Assembly: GCA_039931675.1 (NCBI GenBank)
Contig: JBDTRM010000260.1
Coordinates: 10,620 to 74,619 of the forward strand
Length of the DNA stretch: 64,000 nucleotides
Direction of reading: 5' to 3'
Origin: Bacteroidia bacterium
GTDB lineage: Bacteria; Bacteroidota; Bacteroidia; AKYH767-A; OLB10
Shown: positions 58,134-64,000 of the stretch, piece by piece
Position numbering within the stretch: position 1 is the first letter of the stretch
Layout of the letters: each line of letters starts with the position of its first letter
Translations under genes and position numbers: made by a program
Notes under the pieces: generated by a model
Database searches by the model: none
What the model was told of the DNA's origin: nothing
The model's input: only the letters and a program-made list of their open reading frames with translations

Positions 58134-58290
58134 GTTTGGGTGACGAGGTGACGAAGGGGTTTGATAATTTGGTAACGAGGTTGGAAATTGAAAACTGCAA
58201 ATCAACAAAAGATTGCTTCGTTCCTCGCAATGACGGATAAACTTAAACTAAAAACTGTGAACTCAAACTCAAAACTCAAAACCACAAACC
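58134..58290. repeat. 8-bp repeats, a reverse GTCATTGCGAGGAACGAAGCAATCT element and AAACTC-type repeats
   Basis: GGTGACGA x2; element at 58210-58234; AAACTC/AAAACTC runs at 58240-58290. Confidence 0.75.
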
Positions 58291-58291
58291 C

Positions 58292-59083
58292 TTACTCTTC
58301 CGCTTCTCCCACATAACCTTTCATCAATCCGCGTTGCGAAGATTTTACAAAGTTGAGAATCAGGTCTCTTTCTTCGCTGGGTGCTATTTGTTCTTCTATG
58401 ATTTTTACCGCCTTTGCAGTTGTATGCCCGTTTACAAAAAGATAGCGGTAAATTTCCTGCACGTTACTAATCTGGTCGCTGGTAAAACTTCTTCTGCGCA
58501 AGCCTATTGAATTTAATCCTACATAAGCTAATGGTTCGTGTGCTGATTTGGTAAACGGTGGCACATCTTTACGCACTAATGAACCGCCTGAAATCATTAC
58601 ATGTGAACCAACATGAACAAATTGGTGTACAGCACTCAATCCACCTATGATGGCAAAATCATCAATAGTAATATGTCCGGCAAGGGTAACACCATTTGCA
58701 AGAACGCATCCATTACCAATGATGCAATCGTGTGCAACATGCACATAAGCCATCAATAAGTTATTAGAACCAATAACTGTTTTGCCGATAGCAACTGTAC
58801 CTTTATTGATGGTTACAAACTCGCGTATAGTGTTGTTGTCGCCAATGATGGTTTCGGTAGCTTCGCCTTTATATTTTAAATCCTGAGGCACTGCAGAAAT
58901 AATTGAATATGGAAAAAATTTATTGTTTTTGCCAATGCGCGCTCCATCATAGATAACCACACCGGGGTGCAGTTCGCATCCATCGCCTATTTCAACATCA
59001 TCATGCACTACGCAATAAGGTCCAATATTTACGTTGGCACCAATCTTTGCTTTAGGACTTATAACGGAATGGACGGAATGCAT
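58292..59083 (-). CDS. lpxA: UDP-N-acetylglucosamine O-acyltransferase
   Basis: Hexapeptide repeats, PQDLKY, IREFVTINKGT, HVAHDC, VHQF, GLRRR. Confidence 0.97.
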   Translation of the reverse strand: MHSVHSVISPKAKIGANVNIGPYCVVHDDVEIGDGCELHPGVVIYDGARIGKNNKFFPYSIISAVPQDLKYKGEATETIIGDNNTIREFVTINKGTVAIGKTVIGSNNLLMAYVHVAHDCIIGNGCVLANGVTLAGHITIDDFAIIGGLSAVHQFVHVGSHVMISGGSLVRKDVPPFTKSAHEPLAYVGLNSIGLRRRSFTSDQISNVQEIYRYLFVNGHTTAKAVKIIEEQIAPSEERDLILNFVKSSQRGLMKGYVGEAEE

Positions 59084-59087
59084 TGAT

Positions 59088-59133
59088 AATTTTGAATTTT
59101 GAATTTTGAATTTTGAATTTTGAATTCAAATTC
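59088..59133. repeat. Perfect heptamer array AATTTTG x5
   Basis: Read directly; immediately upstream of the lpxA start. Confidence 0.9.
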
Positions 59134-59218
59134 AGTTGCGTTGCGCAAATAAAGTGTTTTAAAATTTAAATAGAAATTTTTACCGGAAACATCAGCTGAG
59201 GCAATCAAAAAAGTTGAT

Positions 59219-60673
59219 CTAAGATTTTCTTACGATCTGTGCCATCATTTCTGCTTCCATTACTGGCTTGTCGCCTACGTAAGCAATGCCTGTCATTAAA
59301 ACAATTCCTCTGCGAATAGGCACCTTCAGTTTGAGATCAAAAATTACGGTATCGCCCGGCATCACTTTTTGCTTAAAGCGCGCATTTTCAATTTTCAGAA
59401 AATAGGTCCAGTGATTATCAGGATCGGGAACAGTGCTCAATGCAAGTATGCCACCGGTTTGTGCCATTGCTTCAATCAATAACACGCCCGGCATTACAGG
59501 GTTGTTGGGAAAATGACCCTGGAAAAACCATTCATTCATGGTTACATTTTTTAAGCCAACAACATGGGTATCGCTAAGCTCCAATATTTTATCTATCAAT
59601 AAAAACGGAGGGCGGTGAGGAAGGTAGCTTGCAATTTTATTTATGTCGAATGCAGGTGTTTTGTTCAAATCAAAAACAGGCGATTTTATATTTGCCTTAT
59701 CGCGCTTTATAAGTGATTTGATTTTTTTTGCAAACTCCGTGTTGGCTTTATGACCCGGGCGTGCTGCAAGTATATGTGCGCGAACAGGCATTCCAATCAA
59801 AGCAAAATCGCCAACAATATCCAATAACTTATGACGGGCAGGTTCATTTTGAAAATGCAGCTTAATGTTATTCAATACTCCTTTTTCTTCAATCTTAACT
59901 TTTGGTTTATTAAAGACTGCAGCAAGCTCATCCAACTCTTCCTGAGGAATTAAATGGTCAACCAATATGATGGCATTATCCACATCACCGCCCTTAATTA
60001 AATTATGTTTTACTAATTGCTTTAACTCATGTAAAAAAACGAAGGTGCGGCAGCGGGCTATCTCATCTTTGAATTCATTCATCTGGTGAATCTGCGCATG
60101 TTGAGTACCTAGGATCTCAGAATTATAATCAACCATTACCGTTACTCGAAATTCATCGCTCGGTACTGCAAGCATTTCAACCTTGCGTGGTGTGTCTTCA
60201 TAAGTAAGATTTTCGGTAAGGACATAATATTTGCGTTCAGATTTTAATTGCTGTACACCGGCTTTTAAAATTGCCTCTACAAAAGGTTGTGCACTGCCAT
60301 CCAATATTGGCAATTCCTGTCCTGTTATTTCTATAAACGCATTGTCAACCTGCAGGCCCGAAAGTGCAGCAAGTGCATGTTCGGTAGTATAAACCCTTGC
60401 GCCATTTTGTTCTAATGTAGTGCCGCGGCTGGTATCTATCACATTATCCACATCACCATCTACAACAGGGTTGCCGGGCAAATCGGTGCGTTGAAATTTA
60501 TAACCGTGATGATCAGGTGCAGGACGAAAAGTTATGGTAACAGGACTTCCCGTATGCAAACCTACTCCTGAAATTGAAATCGAATCTTTTAAAGTAGTTT
60601 GAAATTCCTTAATTGGACTTCCGTTAGTATTTGCCATGCTACTTTTTTTAATTTGCTCTGCTACAGCTTCCAT
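59219..60673 (-). CDS. lpxC: Bifunctional LpxC deacetylase / FabZ dehydratase
   Basis: GVGLHTG, TEHALAAL, RHKLLDIVGD (LpxC); LPHRPPFLLID, GHFP, EAMAQ (FabZ). Confidence 0.96.
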   Translation of the reverse strand: MEAVAEQIKKSSMANTNGSPIKEFQTTLKDSISISGVGLHTGSPVTITFRPAPDHHGYKFQRTDLPGNPVVDGDVDNVIDTSRGTTLEQNGARVYTTEHALAALSGLQVDNAFIEITGQELPILDGSAQPFVEAILKAGVQQLKSERKYYVLTENLTYEDTPRKVEMLAVPSDEFRVTVMVDYNSEILGTQHAQIHQMNEFKDEIARCRTFVFLHELKQLVKHNLIKGGDVDNAIILVDHLIPQEELDELAAVFNKPKVKIEEKGVLNNIKLHFQNEPARHKLLDIVGDFALIGMPVRAHILAARPGHKANTEFAKKIKSLIKRDKANIKSPVFDLNKTPAFDINKIASYLPHRPPFLLIDKILELSDTHVVGLKNVTMNEWFFQGHFPNNPVMPGVLLIEAMAQTGGILALSTVPDPDNHWTYFLKIENARFKQKVMPGDTVIFDLKLKVPIRRGIVLMTGIAYVGDKPVMEAEMMAQIVRKS

Positions 60674-60723
60674 GTTTTTTATGTCTCATTTTTTATGACT
60701 TTCGGGAAAATTGATTTCCATAA

Positions 60724-60756
60724 ACTTTCGGAAAGTTGAAGGAACTTTCCGAAAGT
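60724..60756. repeat. ACTTTCGGAAAGTT-GAAGG-AACTTTCCGAAAGT REP-like hairpin
   Basis: Perfect 14-bp stem; same family as 48597, 48693 and 41779. Confidence 0.85.
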
Positions 60757-60830
60757 AAAAGTTCCATAACTTGTTTTGTTATTCTATTATTCCATCATTC
60801 CCGAACCCGGGGGCGGGATGGTATCCCGCA

Positions 60831-61865
60831 TTACACTCGTTCATCGCGCAAAGCCTTTTCCATTTCGCTTAAACGCTTTTCAAAGTCAGGTAATTTGCGG
60901 AACATTACATAGGCACGTTTAAAGTCAACGAGGCTGAATGCCGGTGAACCCTGCACTGCTGCACCTTCTTCGGTAATGCTTTGATTGATGCCGCTTTGTG
61001 CCTGTATCTTAACTTTATCGGCAATGGTGATGTGTCCTACTATGCCTACCTGTCCTCCAATCATACACTCACGGCCAATTTTGGTGGAGCCTGCAATGCC
61101 TGTTTGCGCAGCTATTACGGTATTCTCGCCAATATCAACATTATGTGCAATCTGAATAAGGTTATCTAATTTAACTCCTTTACGGATTATTGTTGAGCCT
61201 AAAGTAGCGCGGTCAATTGTAGTATTTGCGCCTATCTCCACCTTATCTTCAATCAATACATTTCCTGTTTGCGATACCTTATCGTAACCACCAAGAGCAT
61301 TGGGTACGAAGCCAAACCCGTCAGCACCTATTACTACACCACTGTGCAAAATACAATCGGAACCTATCTCGCACATTGCATATACACGCGCCCCGGCAAA
61401 TAAGGTTGTATTGTCTTTTATGGTCACATTATCTCCAACATAACAGTGGGGATATATTTTAACGTTATTGCCTAATTTTACATTTTTACCGAGGTAAGCA
61501 AAAGCGCCTATATATACATTGCTTCCAATCGCAGCACTTGAATCAATGTAGCTGGGCTGTTCGATTCCCGATTTATCGTTTTGAATCTTATTGTACAGGT
61601 CTAACAGTTTGGCAAAAGCAACATAAGCGTCATCAACTCTTACCAAAGTAGTTGTTACCGATTGCTCCAGCTCAAAGTTTTTATTGATTATTACAATGCT
61701 TGCTATGGTGTTATAGAGGTATTGATTGTACTTTGGATTGGCAAGGAAACTGAGTGAATTAGGCTCACCGGCTTCAATTTTGCTGAGCTTGTCAACCCAC
61801 ACGGTTGCATCACCTTCTATGGTGCCGTTAAGCAAATCGCTGATTTGTTGTGCTGTAAATTTCAA
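60831..61865 (-). CDS. lpxD: UDP-3-O-(3-hydroxyacyl)glucosamine N-acyltransferase
   Basis: [36 protein letters not shown]; TTG start. Confidence 0.96.
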   Translation of the reverse strand: MKFTAQQISDLLNGTIEGDATVWVDKLSKIEAGEPNSLSFLANPKYNQYLYNTIASIVIINKNFELEQSVTTTLVRVDDAYVAFAKLLDLYNKIQNDKSGIEQPSYIDSSAAIGSNVYIGAFAYLGKNVKLGNNVKIYPHCYVGDNVTIKDNTTLFAGARVYAMCEIGSDCILHSGVVIGADGFGFVPNALGGYDKVSQTGNVLIEDKVEIGANTTIDRATLGSTIIRKGVKLDNLIQIAHNVDIGENTVIAAQTGIAGSTKIGRECMIGGQVGIVGHITIADKVKIQAQSGINQSITEEGAAVQGSPAFSLVDFKRAYVMFRKLPDFEKRLSEMEKALRDERV

Positions 61866-62106
61866 CAGGTTAATGAGTATTAATGTAATGGGTTTTAATT
61901 TTATCGGTAATCAACTTTATTTTAAATTATATTATCCGCTATGCAGATCGGCCAGTTATGGTTACGAAATGAATAGGACAAACCTACACCAATTTCATAT
62001 AAAACACAATACAGAGGGCGTTTAGTATCAACAGTTTAATTCACAGCCCGAAAAAATGGAAATTATGTCGAAAATCTGACGTATTGTTGCATAAAGAAAA
62101 AGGTCA

Positions 62107-62234
62107 TTAGCTGTTAGCCTTTATCCTTTAGCTATTAGCAAAGGCAAAGAGTTAGAAACAAATTATAGGATCCCCAAATGCAAAACGTAAACAGCAATAC
62201 GCTAAAGGCCAAAGGCTAATAGCCAAAAGCTAAT
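62107..62234. repeat. Inverted heptamer arrays (TTAGCTG/TTAGCCT ... GCTAAAG/GCTAATA)
   Basis: 7-bp periodic arrays in opposite orientation upstream of the EVE gene. Confidence 0.75.
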
Positions 62235-62245
62235 AAAAAACTGTT

Positions 62246-62647
62246 ATGAACTACTGGCTTGTAAAATCAGAACCTACTGTTTATTCTTATAATCAATTGG
62301 TAAAAGACGGGCAAACCCATTGGGATGGTGTGCGCAATTATGCTGCACGGCTTCATTTGCGCGCCATGAAAAAAGGCGACCTCGTTTTATTTTATCATAG
62401 TAATGAAGGGCTGTGCATTGTAGGTATAGCTAAGGTGTTAAAGGAAGCCTACCAGGATCCCACAACTGATGAAGACTGGAGTGTAGTAGATATCAAACCT
62501 TTTAAAAAATTAATAAATCCGGTAACGCTTCAGCAACTGAAAGCTGACAAACGTTTTAAAGATATGGCATTGATTCGCATCGGCCGCCTGTCTGTATCAC
62601 CTGTTAAAGCCGAGGAGTTTGAAGCTATCCTGGAGCTTGGGACGTAG
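62246..62647 (+). CDS. EVE domain protein
   Basis: YWLVKSEP, WDGVRNYAAR, FYHS, RLSVSPV. Confidence 0.95.
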   Translation: MNYWLVKSEPTVYSYNQLVKDGQTHWDGVRNYAARLHLRAMKKGDLVLFYHSNEGLCIVGIAKVLKEAYQDPTTDEDWSVVDIKPFKKLINPVTLQQLKADKRFKDMALIRIGRLSVSPVKAEEFEAILELGT

Positions 62648-62939
62648 CAAACCTGTTAGGTTATCCTGTTATGCATCTCAAATCAGAACTTTCTATAGTG
62701 AATGATAGGCAGTTCACAAAAGAATTGCTAACATTGCATCCTCACTCTAAATAAATCAATAATATCTTAAAAATATAAATTCAAGAATCAGCAGTGCATT
62801 TATTTTGCCCCCTGGCATTGCCCCCCAAATTGATTTATTTACCCTCGAAATACAAGTGCAAATTCATTGAAGTACAGGTAAACAAAAGAACCCAATCACA
62901 TTGAATTTGTGTTAAATTGTTTTTAGTAACTTTTATTGA

Positions 62940-63131
62940 CAATAGTCCGGTATGATTTTTTGACAGTTTTACATATCTTGAATTTTAAAACCCAATAGAA
63001 TCAATAGTTTCAAAATACGGTTTAATAAAATGCAACTCATGATTTCACCTGAGTTGCAAAAAAATAAATTTAAATTTTCAGACATATTGACACTATTGAG
63101 TTTCACATTTAAAAAAACTACCGGACTATTG
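62940..63131. repeat. About 190-bp imperfect palindrome with perfect 13-bp ends
   Basis: CAATAGTCCGGTA / TACCGGACTATTG ends; inner TGCAACTCA / TGAGTTGCA. Confidence 0.75.
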
Positions 63132-63297
63132 ATTGACAGAGAATCTGTTAAATTATTTACCAATAAATATTTAATCCCCTGGCAGTGTATGCCCATAATA
63201 TTGACAATAGCAGTATCGGAAACTACATCAATAAGATCAATATCTTTATGTCTTATAATTATACTATTACCGATTCCCAAAAGTCAGATATCAAGCC

Positions 63298-63305
63298 TAT
63301 CTTTG
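63298..63305 (+). promoter_or_regulatory. -7 promoter box upstream of the sulfotransferase
   Basis: TATCTTTG 14 nt before ATG 63320. Confidence 0.55.
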
Positions 63306-63319
63306 GTACTTCACTTCTT

Positions 63320-64000
63320 ATGAAAAAAAAATTACACCCTCGCCCGGTAGATATAATGATTGCCGGGGCTCAAAAAGCTGCAACGAGTTCGCTGCAGCGA
63401 TATATGGGTGAACACCCTGATGTGATTACACACTTTGCGCATGAGTTCACTTACTTTTTTTTAGAAGAAGAATGGAAACAGGGATATGATAAGCGATACG
63501 AATACCAATTCGGAGAGATTGATAATTCAAAACATGTACTGGCCAAGAATGCGGGAATAATGTATTGGGAACCGGCTCTTCAACATCTGAAAGAACACAA
63601 TCCTGAAGTAAAAATAATAATTGTATTGCGCAACCCTGTTGACCGCGCTTACTCAGCATTCTGGTTTGCACGCTGGAGAGGGCATGAACCTTTGGAGTCA
63701 TTTGAAGAGGCAATTCGTTCTAATCCTAACCGCATGCACAGTTTTATTTCGAGGAGTATTGTGGACTATATTGGCAGAGGCGAATATGCACGACAAATAG
63801 AAAACGTTTATCGTTATTTTGATAAAAGCCAGGTTTTGATACTAATGGAAGATGAAATGAAGAGTGATTTGAAAAGAGTAATAAAACGTGCATTTTATTT
63901 TAGCGGATTAGACAGTTCGTTTGTACCTGATATAGAGAAAAAGTATAATGAATCTTCACGATCGGTTATTCCAAAAATTTCACAATGGATGCGTGATGAT
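63320..64000 (+). CDS. PAPS-dependent sulfotransferase, 3' end outside the window (absent from the ORF track)
   Basis: MKKKLHPRPVDIMIAGAQKAATSSL (5'-PSB loop), HP, IIIVLRNPVDRAYS (3'-PB motif). Confidence 0.9.
   Translation, partial: MKKKLHPRPVDIMIAGAQKAATSSLQRYMGEHPDVITHFAHEFTYFFLEEEWKQGYDKRYEYQFGEIDNSKHVLAKNAGIMYWEPALQHLKEHNPEVKIIIVLRNPVDRAYSAFWFARWRGHEPLESFEEAIRSNPNRMHSFISRSIVDYIGRGEYARQIENVYRYFDKSQVLILMEDEMKSDLKRVIKRAFYFSGLDSSFVPDIEKKYNESSRSVIPKISQWMRDD

Noticed and set aside
62969-63323. ORFs 62969..63280 and 63030..63323, and the many short ORFs overlapping core genes
   Set aside because: No recognisable motifs; they are shadow frames or AT-rich chance ORFs.

Overview
This is a chromosomal window from a Bacteroidota genome, judged from T9SS C-terminal sorting domains, gldB/gldC, the lpxC-fabZ fusion and TAnnTTTG promoter boxes. 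Core genes: gcvP, the dcw cluster (mraZ to ftsZ), yqeY, nadE, a porT-like gene, gldBC, yihA, lpxD-lpxC/fabZ-lpxA and an EVE protein. Accessory content: seven T9SS cargo genes, a DUF3800 gene, a nonsense-disrupted GxxExxY gene, an atypical NRPS-PKS hybrid (A-PCP-KS-inactive AT) beside a glycosyltransferase, a TylF methyltransferase and an ABC exporter, an OmpA protein, a TonB-dependent receptor and a sulfotransferase cut by the window edge. The most interesting signals are non-coding. (1) A compact three-way-junction RNA candidate with its own promoter box and U-tract lies antisense to the DUF3800 3' end. (2) An 18-bp palindrome (TCCCGATAGCTATCGGGA) is nested inside several different host repeats, once in frame within nadE. 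(3) Recombinase-core-like direct repeats bracket a 4.9-kb block of surface-protein genes. (4) Heptamer and nonamer arrays fill cistron junctions and enter coding linkers. No integrase, transposase, CRISPR array, rRNA or intact tRNA was seen. All calls were made by eye, without database searches.
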